Below the pieces are notes generated by a model. That model had not been told where the DNA came from. It ran no database searches and saw only the letters and a program-made list of their open reading frames with translations. 64,000 bases of DNA from a virus: the IMG/VR virus record IMGVR_UViG_3300025704_000015, positions 1 through 64,000 of that record; one strand, written 5' to 3'. The position numbers and the translations under genes were made by a program. This document shows, piece after piece, positions 30,016-40,267 of the stretch; the first letter of the stretch is position 1; each line of letters begins with the position of its first letter.

Positions 30016-32544
30016 ATGAAGAACAGCATTAGTGGATTCTACACCAGCGTCGATAGACACATGAACATGATTAAGTATCGAGGATACGATCATGATGGCA
30101 AAAAAATATATGATTCATTTAAATATCGGCCAACGCTTTATGTAAATAGCAAAGACCGTAACTCAGAATGGAAAGCGATTGATGGAACTCCTGTAGGCCC
30201 AATGCAGTTTGGCACTATGAGCGAATGCCGCCAGTTCTGTAAACATTATGAAGATGTTCCTTCGTTTAAAATATATGGAAATGAAAAGCATGTTCCAGCA
30301 TTTATCCAAAGCCAGTGGCCTGGCGAAATTGAGTATGATAAAAAGATGGTCGACATTCTTTACATCGATATTGAAACTGCTATTGGTACAGGCTTTCCAG
30401 AACCAATGCGAGCAGAACAAGAGATTCTTACAATCGCAGTAAAGAGTAGCCGTTGTGATACTTATATCATCTGGGGACTAAAGGATTATGACCTTTCTAA
30501 AAGTGAAGTGCCACATCTTAGAAAAGAGTATCGCCAGTTTGATACTGAAACCGAACTCTTAAATGATTTTCTAGATTGGTGGAGTGATCCTATTAATACT
30601 CCAGATGTTATCACTGGTTGGAATACAGAGTTCTTTGATATTCCTTACATCGTTAATAGAATAGCTCGTATGTTGGGCAACGATGCAACCAAGCGATTAT
30701 CTCCTTGGAAAAAAATTACAGATAGAACCGTAAATGTATTTGGCCGTGAGCAAACCAGCTATAACATTATGGGTATTCAACAACTCGATTACCTTGACTT
30801 ATTTAAAAAGTTTACTCTTAATACTTATGGCCAACAAGAATCATATAAGCTAGATAATATTGCCGAGGTTGTTCTTGAACAAAAGAAGCTAGCTTTTGAA
30901 GGCGATCTAAAAGAATTATATGAACAAGATTTTCAGAAGTTTGTTGATTATAATATCGTTGATGTTGAATTGATTGAACTGTTTGAAAAGAAACTTGGCT
31001 TAATTGATTTGGTATTTACTCTAGCATATTTTGGCGGAGTTAATTATACAGATACGCTCGGTACTGTTTCTATATGGGATAGTATAATCTTTAGGAATCT
31101 TGCTAAAAAGAAAATAGCGATTCCTCCATCAAAACCAAGTGCTAAAGCAGAATATGCTGGAGGGTTTGTTAAGCCAGTTGTGCCAGGGATGTATGATTGG
31201 GTAATGAGCTTCGATTTGAACAGCTTGTATCCTAACCTTATTATACAATATAATATGAGTCCTGAGACCCTCGTAAGGCATTCTACAGTGCCTAATATTA
31301 CACCTGATCGAGTACTCGAAGATCAAACAAACATATCCCCTGACAGTAATTTGGCGGTTGCCGCAAATGGCGCAACATTTAGTAGACATAAGCAAGGGTT
31401 TCTACCAGAGATTATTGAAGAGCTTTATAATAAGCGTAAGAAGATTAAAGCAGAAATGCTAGATAAAAAGAAAGAGAATGAAAAGCAAAAAAGTAAGATA
31501 TTAGACTCAGAAATCGCCAGACTTGAAACTGAACAAATGGCGATCAAGATTCTAATGAACAGCCTGTATGGAGCTTTGGCTAACAGATGGTTCCGTTACT
31601 TTGATCTTCTTGTTGCTGAAGGAATTACTCTTACAGGTCAACTTGTTATTCGTTGGGCAGAACAACATGCAAACAAATGGTTATCTTCATTCCTTAAAGA
31701 TGAGAAGCCAGTTGATAGAGTTATAGCAGCAGACACTGACTCCATTTACGTTAATGTTCAAGATGTAATTGATAAGCTTAATCCAAAAAGTCCAGTTGAG
31801 TTTCTTGATAAGTTTGGTGAAGAAGGTATGGTTCCTGCATTGGAAAAAGCTTTTAATAAGTTAGGCGGTATTACAAATTCATATAAGAATACGATGGTGA
31901 TGGCGCGAGAAGCTATTGCTGATAAAGCTATATGGACTGCAAAGAAACGATATATTTTAAATGTTCTTAACAATGAAGGTGTTCAATATGCTGAGCCGAA
32001 AATTAAGATCATGGGTATTGAAGCTATTAAGAGTTCTACTCCAAAAGTATGTCGAGGCGCTATGAAGGAAATGTTTAAAGTAATGATGAGCGGGGATGAA
32101 GATAAAACTCAAAAAGCGATCGCTTTCTTTCATAACCACTTTAATTCTTTGCCGGCCCATGAAATCGCAAGTCCTCGTGGAATTAATAATGTTACAAAAT
32201 ATTATGATTCACAAACTCTATATTGTAAAGGAACACCAATGCATTGCCGCGCGGCCTTAGTATATAACGATCAGTTAAAGAAGTTTAACTTAACTAATAA
32301 GTATAGGGAAATCCAAGGCGGCAATAAAATTAAGTTTGTATTTCTTAAAAAGCATAACCCAACTGGAGAAAACGTAATTGGGTTTATTGATAAGTTGCCA
32401 CACGAATTTGGTTTAGATAAGTTCATTGATTATGAAACTCAATTCCAAAAAGCTTTCCTTGATCCAATTAATCTTATCTTACATGCTATTAGTTGGTCGG
32501 CAGAACCTCAAGCTAGTTTGGAAGACTTCTTTGGGCAAGTATAG
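30016..32544 (+). CDS. gp43: family B DNA polymerase gp43
   Basis: Exo I DIET, SFDLNSLYP, KILMNSLYGAL, ADTDS, KKRY; clamp-binding SLEDFF tail. Confidence 0.97.
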   Translation: MKNSISGFYTSVDRHMNMIKYRGYDHDGKKIYDSFKYRPTLYVNSKDRNSEWKAIDGTPVGPMQFGTMSECRQFCKHYEDVPSFKIYGNEKHVPAFIQSQWPGEIEYDKKMVDILYIDIETAIGTGFPEPMRAEQEILTIAVKSSRCDTYIIWGLKDYDLSKSEVPHLRKEYRQFDTETELLNDFLDWWSDPINTPDVITGWNTEFFDIPYIVNRIARMLGNDATKRLSPWKKITDRTVNVFGREQTSYNIMGIQQLDYLDLFKKFTLNTYGQQESYKLDNIAEVVLEQKKLAFEGDLKELYEQDFQKFVDYNIVDVELIELFEKKLGLIDLVFTLAYFGGVNYTDTLGTVSIWDSIIFRNLAKKKIAIPPSKPSAKAEYAGGFVKPVVPGMYDWVMSFDLNSLYPNLIIQYNMSPETLVRHSTVPNITPDRVLEDQTNISPDSNLAVAANGATFSRHKQGFLPEIIEELYNKRKKIKAEMLDKKKENEKQKSKILDSEIARLETEQMAIKILMNSLYGALANRWFRYFDLLVAEGITLTGQLVIRWAEQHANKWLSSFLKDEKPVDRVIAADTDSIYVNVQDVIDKLNPKSPVEFLDKFGEEGMVPALEKAFNKLGGITNSYKNTMVMAREAIADKAIWTAKKRYILNVLNNEGVQYAEPKIKIMGIEAIKSSTPKVCRGAMKEMFKVMMSGDEDKTQKAIAFFHNHFNSLPAHEIASPRGINNVTKYYDSQTLYCKGTPMHCRAALVYNDQLKKFNLTNKYREIQGGNKIKFVFLKKHNPTGENVIGFIDKLPHEFGLDKFIDYETQFQKAFLDPINLILHAISWSAEPQASLEDFFGQV

Positions 32545-32582
32545 ATAAAACAAAGGTATGACACTCACACAATAAAAAACAA

Positions 32583-32774
32583 ATGAACCAACTAAACAGA
32601 AACCTGACAAACGTTATTAACGAATTACAACAAGACTATTTAAAGTTTGATGATACCGTAAGAACCATCGAAGTTCTTAATGCGATTAACAATTACTTTC
32701 ACACGACAGAGGAAACTCCTTTGTCTAATAAAAGCAGAGACATTCTAAAAGAAATTAAAATATATGGAAAATAA
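32583..32774 (+). CDS. hypothetical protein
   Basis: 63-aa ORF overlapping the next gene start. Confidence 0.55.
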   Translation: MNQLNRNLTNVINELQQDYLKFDDTVRTIEVLNAINNYFHTTEETPLSNKSRDILKEIKIYGK

Positions 32775-33294
32775 TAAAACAGTAGAAGACGTGATAAAAC
32801 TAATTCCAGAAACACTTGATGATTGGGTAACGCTTGTTCCTAAAAATGACTCTCTAACATGGCAAGCATCATCTACCGATTGGCCAAGCGATATTGATAA
32901 CATGCATAATAAGTATGGTGTTCATTGCGCGCTTAAAAAGTTAGATAGTAAAGACCTAAGAGAATTTCTAAACTTTCGTTTAGACTTCCTAGAAGAAGAA
33001 CTTACTGAAACAAAAAATGCAGTTGGTAAACTACATTGTGATGACGTTGATTGCGAAGAAGTGGTTGATGGTTTAATTGATCTTTGCGTTGTCGCTATTG
33101 GAACGTTAAATGCGTTTGGAGTTGACGAACATAAAGCGTGGGAAGCAGTTCATAACGCTAATATGAATAAGGAAGTCGGCGTTAAAGAAGGTCGAGACAA
33201 TCCACTAGGTCTTCCAGATTTAGTAAAGCCTAAAGGGTGGGTCGCGCCAGATCATTCTGATAATCACGGGTTTCTTCCTAAATTAAACGAATAA
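32764..33294 (+). CDS. MazG/PRA-PH-like nucleotide pyrophosphohydrolase (possible dCTPase/dUTPase role)
   Basis: LEEELTE, EVVDGLID, VHNANMNK, LVKPKGW. Confidence 0.78.
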   Translation: MENNKTVEDVIKLIPETLDDWVTLVPKNDSLTWQASSTDWPSDIDNMHNKYGVHCALKKLDSKDLREFLNFRLDFLEEELTETKNAVGKLHCDDVDCEEVVDGLIDLCVVAIGTLNAFGVDEHKAWEAVHNANMNKEVGVKEGRDNPLGLPDLVKPKGWVAPDHSDNHGFLPKLNE

Positions 33295-33334
33295 AAGATT
33301 TACATTTTAGTAAATATAGTATATAATATTAATT

Positions 33335-33538
33335 ATGGATTTACTTCTATTCATCATGCTTTTAATAGTGGCAAGCCTTTGCTACTTAATACCCACTTTT
33401 GTGGCGGTCGTAAATAAACATAAATACGCTCTTCCTATTTTTATAGCTAACCTATTCTTTGGCGTTACGGTTGTGGGATGGGCCGCTCTATTAATCTTTG
33501 CTATACTTAAAGAGTTTAGAGCAGAAAATAAAGTATGA
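33335..33538 (+). CDS. imm: superinfection immunity protein Imm-like
   Basis: YLIPTFVA...H...IFIANLFFGVTVVGW pattern; own early promoter. Confidence 0.8.
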   Translation: MDLLLFIMLLIVASLCYLIPTFVAVVNKHKYALPIFIANLFFGVTVVGWAALLIFAILKEFRAENKV

Positions 33539-34473
33539 AATATTCATTAACTATATTTAAATCAATCTTTGATAATTCGACTCATCGTAAGATGTCCTTT
33601 GACGGTTGGGATGAGTTTAAAGAACTTCTTTTAAACCTTAGTAAAGAAGATGGTTATAAACCAAAGAAAGACGAAAGAAAAGATGGTTCACCTCTTATCA
33701 GCCCAGCAGTATATGATAAAGATGAAAAGCGAAGAAATGTAAATGTTTTATGTTGGGGTGGTTGGGCTGCAATTGACGTTGACGATTATGAGTGTAATTT
33801 CGAACAAGCGTTGGTTGTTTTTAAAGATATCAAATGTGTTGTTTATAATAGCGCAAGCTCGACAAAAGAAAAGCCAAAGTTCAGAGTTATTATACCATTC
33901 ACAAAGACTATAGAAAAGGATGATATAAAGCATTTATGGTTTGCTCTGAATAAAGAGTTTAATTCATTAGGCGATCCACAAACGAAGGATCTATCAAGGA
34001 TGTATTACGTCCCAGCACAATATCCAGGTGCTTATTCATTCATTCATTGTAACGATGACGCCGACTTTTTAGATGTTGATTTAATAATGAAAAAGCATCC
34101 GTTTATAGTACCTCAAGAAAATTCATTTAAAAGTAAACTAAGTGAAGAAATGAAAATTAAGCTGATGAAGTATAAATCTAATCAACTTAACAACACCTCT
34201 ATTACTTGGTCTTCATATAGAGATTGCCCATTTGTAAATAAACAATTAGTAAATGAATATCGTGTTATTTCAGAAACTGGTTGGTATTCTAAATTATATT
34301 CAATTATGGTTAGTATTGCCGGATCCGCAATACATAAAGGATACCCAATTACTGTTAATGAAATTGTAAAGCTTGCTAAAGATATTGATATGGATACTGG
34401 ATGCTGGTATAAAAATAGGCCATTAGATATTGAAGCAGAACGCGCATTAACCTTTGCACTTCAAAATGCGTAA
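33535..34473 (+). CDS. AEP/PrimPol-like primase domain protein
   Basis: AIDVDD, SASSTKEKPKFRVIIPF, DPQTKDLSRMYYVP. Confidence 0.65.
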   Translation: MKYSLTIFKSIFDNSTHRKMSFDGWDEFKELLLNLSKEDGYKPKKDERKDGSPLISPAVYDKDEKRRNVNVLCWGGWAAIDVDDYECNFEQALVVFKDIKCVVYNSASSTKEKPKFRVIIPFTKTIEKDDIKHLWFALNKEFNSLGDPQTKDLSRMYYVPAQYPGAYSFIHCNDDADFLDVDLIMKKHPFIVPQENSFKSKLSEEMKIKLMKYKSNQLNNTSITWSSYRDCPFVNKQLVNEYRVISETGWYSKLYSIMVSIAGSAIHKGYPITVNEIVKLAKDIDMDTGCWYKNRPLDIEAERALTFALQNA

Positions 34474-34488
34474 TTAATAAATAATATT

Positions 34489-34821
34489 ATGAAGATTGAA
34501 ACCAAACTGAAACGCCAGTTTAATAAAATACAAAAGGATACTGGTGTAAAACTTCCAGCTGACTATGAGTATTATTGTGGTTTATATAAATGGCCAAAAG
34601 GTTTGCGTAAGATTCTTAGTAAACGATTCAATAGCAGTTGTATGCTACATGATATTCAACATGTTTCAGGTGTTATTGATTATAAAGAAGCCGATCGCAT
34701 GTTCCTTAAAAACGCTAAAGAACAAGCGGGGCGCAACGATTTTTGGATATTAATGGCATATGTATTTTACGGCGCCGTTCGTATATTAACAAAAACAAAA
34801 GCAATACGAAACAAGAAATAA
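34489..34821 (+). CDS. DUF1353-like protein
   Basis: CMLHD...EADRMFL...YGAVR pattern. Confidence 0.55.
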   Translation: MKIETKLKRQFNKIQKDTGVKLPADYEYYCGLYKWPKGLRKILSKRFNSSCMLHDIQHVSGVIDYKEADRMFLKNAKEQAGRNDFWILMAYVFYGAVRILTKTKAIRNKK

Positions 34822-34848
34822 AACTCTAAACATTATAAATAAATTTAT

Positions 34849-35070
34849 ATGAAAAAGAAAAACAAAAGAGCTCGTGACGAAGAAGGCCAGTTTGTTGGAG
34901 ATGATCCAAGCACTCCTGATATTAATGAAGCCTTTGCAGAAGATGCTCAACCACCTAAAGAAGCACCAGCTAAAGCGTCAGGCCCTAAAAAACTAACTCC
35001 GGGCCAGATTAAGAAATTAAAAGGCGAATGGGGTAGCCAGTTTAAAAATAAATTTAAAGGACGTTATTAA
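34849..35070 (+). CDS. small late protein with RARDEEGQFVGDDPSTPDINEA motif
   Basis: Late promoter at 34834; motif recalled from other phage proteins. Confidence 0.65.
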   Translation: MKKKNKRARDEEGQFVGDDPSTPDINEAFAEDAQPPKEAPAKASGPKKLTPGQIKKLKGEWGSQFKNKFKGRY

Positions 35071-35095
35071 TATTCACGTAAATAATTAAACCATG

Positions 35096-35131
35096 ATATG
35101 GCTTCTAGTATTTTTCTAGAAGCCATATTTG
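35096..35131 (+). terminator. hairpin / probable terminator
   Basis: ATATGGCTTCTAG ... CTAGAAGCCATAT inverted repeat. Confidence 0.65.
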
Positions 35132-35195
35132 TTATTTACAAACTTGGTAAAATATGGTATAATATCTTTATACATAATTATACTAACATTACAAT

Positions 35196-35894
35196 ATGAA
35201 CATTAAATCCGTAAGAGACACCTTAGCAAATCTCCATAAAAATAAAGAATATGTCATAGTTAATAAACAATTAACTGTTGAAATTATTGGAGCATCTTTC
35301 ATAGCAAATACTGATTCTATATTTGGTTTGGCCAATGAAGATTATATTGATCGAGAATTAATGTGGTATAGAAGTATGTCTCGTAATGTAAATGATATTA
35401 AAGGTAAGGTTCCAAAGATCTGGGAAATTGTTTCATCGCCAAAAGGAGAGATAAATTCAAATTATGGATATCTAATAAATCACAAAGATAACTATTACCA
35501 ATACAAGAATGTATTAGAAACTCTTAAGAAGGATCCTAACTCGCGCAGAGCAATAATGATTTATACAAATCCTAAAATGCATACTCAATTTAAAAGGAAA
35601 GGTATGACAGATTTTGTTTGTACAAATACTGTTCAATATGTTATTCGTAAAAACAAATTGTCTGCAATTGTCCAAATGAGATCAAACGATGCTTGGGCCG
35701 GTTATAGAAACGATTACGCTTGGCAGAAATATGTTCTTAACAAGTTAGCAAAAGACCTAAATTGCAAAGAAGGTAACATTCATTGGAATGCTGGTAGCTT
35801 ACACGTATATGAAAATCAATTCTACCTACTAGACCATTATTTAAAAACAGGAGAACACGAGATTACTAAAAAACAATATAATAACAACCTCTAA
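35196..35894 (+). CDS. gp42: dCMP hydroxymethylase (gp42-like thymidylate synthase fold)
   Basis: DFVCTNTVQY...MRSNDAWAGYRNDYAW closely matches the T4 gp42 active-site region, including the dCMP-specifying Asp; SLHVYE. Confidence 0.85.
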   Translation: MNIKSVRDTLANLHKNKEYVIVNKQLTVEIIGASFIANTDSIFGLANEDYIDRELMWYRSMSRNVNDIKGKVPKIWEIVSSPKGEINSNYGYLINHKDNYYQYKNVLETLKKDPNSRRAIMIYTNPKMHTQFKRKGMTDFVCTNTVQYVIRKNKLSAIVQMRSNDAWAGYRNDYAWQKYVLNKLAKDLNCKEGNIHWNAGSLHVYENQFYLLDHYLKTGEHEITKKQYNNNL

Positions 35895-35910
35895 AAACCC
35901 ACCACCCAAT

Positions 35911-36660
35911 ATGTACAGTATTAAAAAACTAGGATATGACGATTGGAATGACGCGCTTGATGCTTTCTTAGAATATAAAACCAGAGATGTGGAAAAAAAC
36001 AATTTATCATTTGATGAATGGTATTCTTTTAAAACAAGAATCAAAAAAATTAATGAAAAAATTAAAAATGGGGAAGCATCTTCTAATGTTAATAAACATA
36101 TAAAAAAAGATATCAAAAAACATAGCGATGACTCTGAAAATTTAACATTAGCAGAAAATGAAATTTTGGAAATGCTGAATAACTTAAATTTAGATGTAAG
36201 CATTTCGCCTAGATATAAAGAAGAATCATACTCTGAAAGAATATGCAGAGAAGCGGAAGAGCTAGCTCGCCGCGCCCATATTGGTCAAACTCGCCATAAT
36301 GGAAACCCTTACATTCATCATATTGAAGATGTTGTTAACATAATTAAATCTAATAGTAATAGCAACACCGCTGAAGCAATTATTGTTGCATGGTTACACG
36401 ACGTTATTTCAACCACTTCTTACACAAGTGAATTTTTATTAGAGCAATCTTGGGTAACTAAAAGAATGCTTAATGCTATTGAAGAAATTGAAATTGGTTA
36501 TTTTGAAACATATCAACAGTATGTTAACAGATTAAAAGAAAATAATTTAGCTTGGGTCGTTAAGTTAGCAAAGCTTATGTCTCTTATGGATAATAATCCG
36601 ACACAAGATGAGCAATTTGAGATTGAAACATTTTGCGATTATCTTGAAGATGAGCCGTAA
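35911..36660 (+). CDS. RelA/SpoT-type HD domain protein, apparently degenerate
   Basis: AHIGQTR.NGNPYIHH and AWLHD present; ED and DRxxN motifs absent. Confidence 0.7.
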   Translation: MYSIKKLGYDDWNDALDAFLEYKTRDVEKNNLSFDEWYSFKTRIKKINEKIKNGEASSNVNKHIKKDIKKHSDDSENLTLAENEILEMLNNLNLDVSISPRYKEESYSERICREAEELARRAHIGQTRHNGNPYIHHIEDVVNIIKSNSNSNTAEAIIVAWLHDVISTTSYTSEFLLEQSWVTKRMLNAIEEIEIGYFETYQQYVNRLKENNLAWVVKLAKLMSLMDNNPTQDEQFEIETFCDYLEDEP

Positions 36661-36714
36661 AATAACTAAATAAAAAGATTTACATTCTTATTAATATGTG
36701 GTATAATTAATCAT

Positions 36715-37062
36715 ATGAATAAGGAAGCTAAAGAAAGTATTAAGGTATTACGAGAGTGTGCCGAATTACAAACTGCTAAATCAAGAGATTATCAAAATCC
36801 TAACAGCCGAATTAAACAAGCTGATTATTATCCACGAGGCATCGCATCTATCTTAGATATTATTTACGCCAAAACTCTTAGAATGTATTCGGTTCTAGAA
36901 GCTATGGAATCTGATACTGGATATGAGCCAAACTTTGAATCTCTTGAAGATTCTGGTAAAGATCTTATTAACTATGCGTCGTTCTTAGTAGCTTATATGA
37001 GACATGGCGTAGATGGCCAAGATGTTAATAAAGATTTTTTAAATCGAAACGGAAACAAATAG
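36715..37062 (+). CDS. nucleotide-modification-associated alpha-helical protein (DUF1599/Nmad-like)
   Basis: KSRDY...K.LR...SLEDSGKDLINYA pattern; in the modification locus. Confidence 0.65.
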   Translation: MNKEAKESIKVLRECAELQTAKSRDYQNPNSRIKQADYYPRGIASILDIIYAKTLRMYSVLEAMESDTGYEPNFESLEDSGKDLINYASFLVAYMRHGVDGQDVNKDFLNRNGNK

Positions 37063-37069
37063 ATATATT

Positions 37070-38347
37070 ATGAGAATCGGCATCGGCAAGATTGGTAAGT
37101 CTGTATTATTCAATAGTAAAAATTGGGGCGCTGTTGGCGGTGACAATGAAGCTCCTATTTTATATGAACACCTAATAACACAAAACCCTGAGCATACTTT
37201 TGTTATGCTTGGCGCTAGTGACTTTGATAGATTATCTATTGCCGAGCAAGAACGGATTAACGTTCATGGTAATTTCATATATGCTTTCTCTGGGTTTTCC
37301 GAATGGCGAAAAAATCAATGGGATAAATCTAAAGCTCAACACCCTTCAAATGATAGGCAAGAGTTTATGGAAAACATTATTATTCCAAATCCAAAATTTG
37401 AAATTGATGCTGGTGTTTTTATGTGCGGTCAAGTTGCAACTTCTAATGTTGGGGGTTGGGCTCGTAAACAAACAGATCATACTCAATTAGCAAAGCCACT
37501 TGATGTTCAACGAAAGTACGCAGGACCAACAATTCATTATCTTAATAAGTATAAAGAAGTACCTTGGTTAATGTTATTAAACGATCCTCGCCTTTATCCT
37601 GGGAAGATGAGAGACCTAATGAATCCTCCTAGGAAGATCTTTTCACAATATAATCAAAAGTGTTTACACCGTAATAGTATTGAATATGATAGCCCTGTTA
37701 GGGAAATAACAGAAATAGAACAATTATATAAAGGTATTGAAACTACATTTTTAATTGGAAAAGAAAAGGGTAAATCTATTCAAGAAGCACCAAACACATT
37801 AGATAGTTTCTTTGGTGAGCCTGAAGAAAAGACAACTGAAAAAGATATTAACTTTATGATTGTTTGTAATGAGGGCAAACCATCGCGTTATCCTGATTTG
37901 AAAAAATATATTTTAGAACATGTCGATGATGTTGATATTTACGGACAATGGAACTCCGATACAATTGGAGATGACTCTCGATTCAAAGGACCTAAGAAGT
38001 TTAACGATTTAATGAGAATGTTGCCACGAGTTAAATATACTTTTTGTATTCCAATTAAAAAGGGTTGGGTTACCGCAAAGTTTTGGGAAATGGCTCATTA
38101 TGGAATTATACCATTCCTGCATCCAACCTATGATCAACAAAAACATTTGGATGTACCTGATTTTATTAGAGTAAAAGATTCTAAAGATCTTTTTAATAAA
38201 ATTAAATTCCTTGAAGAAAACCCTAAAGCTTATCAGCAACTTCGCGATCAGTTAGATGATATTCTTAAAGAAGAGTATTATGATGGGAGTTATCTCAATG
38301 ATTTGATCCTAGGTAAATTAACTGAACTAAATAAAAGTAATGCATAA
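37070..38347 (+). CDS. GT-B DNA glycosyltransferase, beta-glucosyltransferase-like
   Basis: NDPRL motif as in T4 BGT; TAKFWE...IPF...YD C-terminal GT-B pattern. Confidence 0.65.
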   Translation: MRIGIGKIGKSVLFNSKNWGAVGGDNEAPILYEHLITQNPEHTFVMLGASDFDRLSIAEQERINVHGNFIYAFSGFSEWRKNQWDKSKAQHPSNDRQEFMENIIIPNPKFEIDAGVFMCGQVATSNVGGWARKQTDHTQLAKPLDVQRKYAGPTIHYLNKYKEVPWLMLLNDPRLYPGKMRDLMNPPRKIFSQYNQKCLHRNSIEYDSPVREITEIEQLYKGIETTFLIGKEKGKSIQEAPNTLDSFFGEPEEKTTEKDINFMIVCNEGKPSRYPDLKKYILEHVDDVDIYGQWNSDTIGDDSRFKGPKKFNDLMRMLPRVKYTFCIPIKKGWVTAKFWEMAHYGIIPFLHPTYDQQKHLDVPDFIRVKDSKDLFNKIKFLEENPKAYQQLRDQLDDILKEEYYDGSYLNDLILGKLTELNKSNA

Positions 38348-39362
38348 CAAAAGAATAGTTTTAGACTTTGATGATACACTCGCTTTAACAACAAATCGCG
38401 ATTGGGAACATGCTGAACCAAACATAGAGTTAATTCAAAAGGTTAATTCTTTATATGACGATGGGTGGGAGGTTGATATTTTTACGGCACGAGGATCTAT
38501 CTCTTGTAAAACTCGAGAAGAAGCTAAAGAAAAGTATGCCGGCCAAATCAAAAAGTGGCTAAAGAAAAACGGAGTCAAGTATAGGTCTCTAAGTTTTGAC
38601 AAACCACTCGCTGCATACTATATTGACGATAAAGGTATCTCTCCTGAACTTTTCCTTAAGACTGATATTAGACAACTCGATGGAGGTTTGTCTGGTGCTG
38701 ATATTTTTACTGATGGAACATATGTTCATAAAACAGATAAGAATGCTCACAAAGTTAATGAATGGTATTCACAAGTAAAGAACTATATTAATACACCTGA
38801 AGTTCTAAGACTTGTTGGTGAAACTTTAACAATTGAGTATATACAACATGACAAAAGTTTCTTCAAGAATAATTTCCACCGTGCAATCGGAATTATTCAA
38901 GAAAGTCTTGAAGATTTAAAGGAGATTGATTCGCCTGAAGATTCTCTTGAATTTTCTGATTATGTTGCGCGGATTTATTCGCACTCTGATATTTCTGGTG
39001 AGTCATATTTTAATACCATATGTGATTCTCTTAAGTATTTAAATCTTAAACGTTCATTTTCTCATGGCGACTTTGGAGTTACAAATATGTTATTTAAGAG
39101 TGAGACTCTTTACTTAATTGACCCTATTCCCGATGTGTTTGGCTGTACCGAAATTGATGCAGCTAAATTCTGTGCGAGCCTTATCGTGAATCAATATGAT
39201 AACGACATAGTCAATAACTCGATCTCAACATTATCTATGTTTAATTCTATTAATCAGACCGACTTTAAAATTCTTATTGCGGCTGAACTCATTCGAGTTT
39301 TTAAATATCATCCTAATAACCAAATCATTTCTAAAGCAGTTAAAAACATATGTGTATTATGA
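38340..39362 (+). CDS. HAD phosphatase fused to an APH/choline-kinase-like domain
   Basis: DFDDT, FTARG, KP..YYIDDK; then HGDF..TN and LIDP. Confidence 0.78.
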   Translation: MHNKRIVLDFDDTLALTTNRDWEHAEPNIELIQKVNSLYDDGWEVDIFTARGSISCKTREEAKEKYAGQIKKWLKKNGVKYRSLSFDKPLAAYYIDDKGISPELFLKTDIRQLDGGLSGADIFTDGTYVHKTDKNAHKVNEWYSQVKNYINTPEVLRLVGETLTIEYIQHDKSFFKNNFHRAIGIIQESLEDLKEIDSPEDSLEFSDYVARIYSHSDISGESYFNTICDSLKYLNLKRSFSHGDFGVTNMLFKSETLYLIDPIPDVFGCTEIDAAKFCASLIVNQYDNDIVNNSISTLSMFNSINQTDFKILIAAELIRVFKYHPNNQIISKAVKNICVL

Positions 39363-40267
39363 ACAACATTTTAATAATAAGTAACAAACCTGAACGGCTC
39401 GAATCGTTCATTAAATATTACAACATTTTCAATGAACCGACTGATATAGTTCTAAATGTAATACTCGATGATCGTTATCAAACATATGATCTTAGTGATA
39501 CTATTAAGGATAATTATAACATCTATTATGCGTCTGATGCGGTTAAGCAATTGGTTCCAAGATTATCTGATCCTGAGACCGCGGAGATTATCCTTGACAA
39601 ATTCCGTTTGTCAATTAAGCTTCTTGTTATTTTATATGCTCATGAAGTACTAGGTATGGAAAAGGTTTGTATGATGGACGATGACACGTTCCTTATTCAA
39701 CCTATTGATAGTTACTTCGAAAATGATTATGTTTTCTATAATGAAAGAGTACTTGGTCGCATGTCTGTTGCTGTCGAGAATCTTATGACAGGAATCTACA
39801 GTGATCTTGTGGATGTTCATAAAATGAATACTAAGCCCCACTTTACTTTAAACTCAGGTCAGGTAATACATACAAAAAATCCAAATCTATTCAAGTTTAT
39901 TGATAGAGCGTTCTGTTCAGACTTACTTAATGTCGTATGTGGAGCTATCGAGAAGTATAAATCAAAGAAGAACTACCTGGGTAATATTCATCATCGACCA
40001 ATTGGTGGAAAGTATTGGATCATGGAACAAAACGTCTATGCTGTTTACTTCAGGTGGTTAACCGAGAATGGTTATGCTGTAAAAGAGTTTCCAAGAAATG
40101 AGTTTAAGCTATACGAAGGCCTTCTTAAACCAAATTATACAATGGACAGAATTAGAAAACTTCCAAAATTTTTACATTACCTTCCTACAGATAAGTCACC
40201 GTTATATGATACGGTCGCAAAGCAGCTTGACAGAATCATAAATAAAGAAATACATGTTCCTAGATAA
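39350..40267 (+). CDS. GT-A fold glycosyltransferase
   Basis: MMDDDTF DxD motif, LNSG, EQ and FLHY motifs. Confidence 0.6.
   Translation: MCIMNNILIISNKPERLESFIKYYNIFNEPTDIVLNVILDDRYQTYDLSDTIKDNYNIYYASDAVKQLVPRLSDPETAEIILDKFRLSIKLLVILYAHEVLGMEKVCMMDDDTFLIQPIDSYFENDYVFYNERVLGRMSVAVENLMTGIYSDLVDVHKMNTKPHFTLNSGQVIHTKNPNLFKFIDRAFCSDLLNVVCGAIEKYKSKKNYLGNIHHRPIGGKYWIMEQNVYAVYFRWLTENGYAVKEFPRNEFKLYEGLLKPNYTMDRIRKLPKFLHYLPTDKSPLYDTVAKQLDRIINKEIHVPR

Noticed and set aside
35196-35894. Ordinary thymidylate synthase
   Set aside because: The active-site region has RND (Asp) as in T4 gp42, not the Asn of dUMP-specific ThyA.
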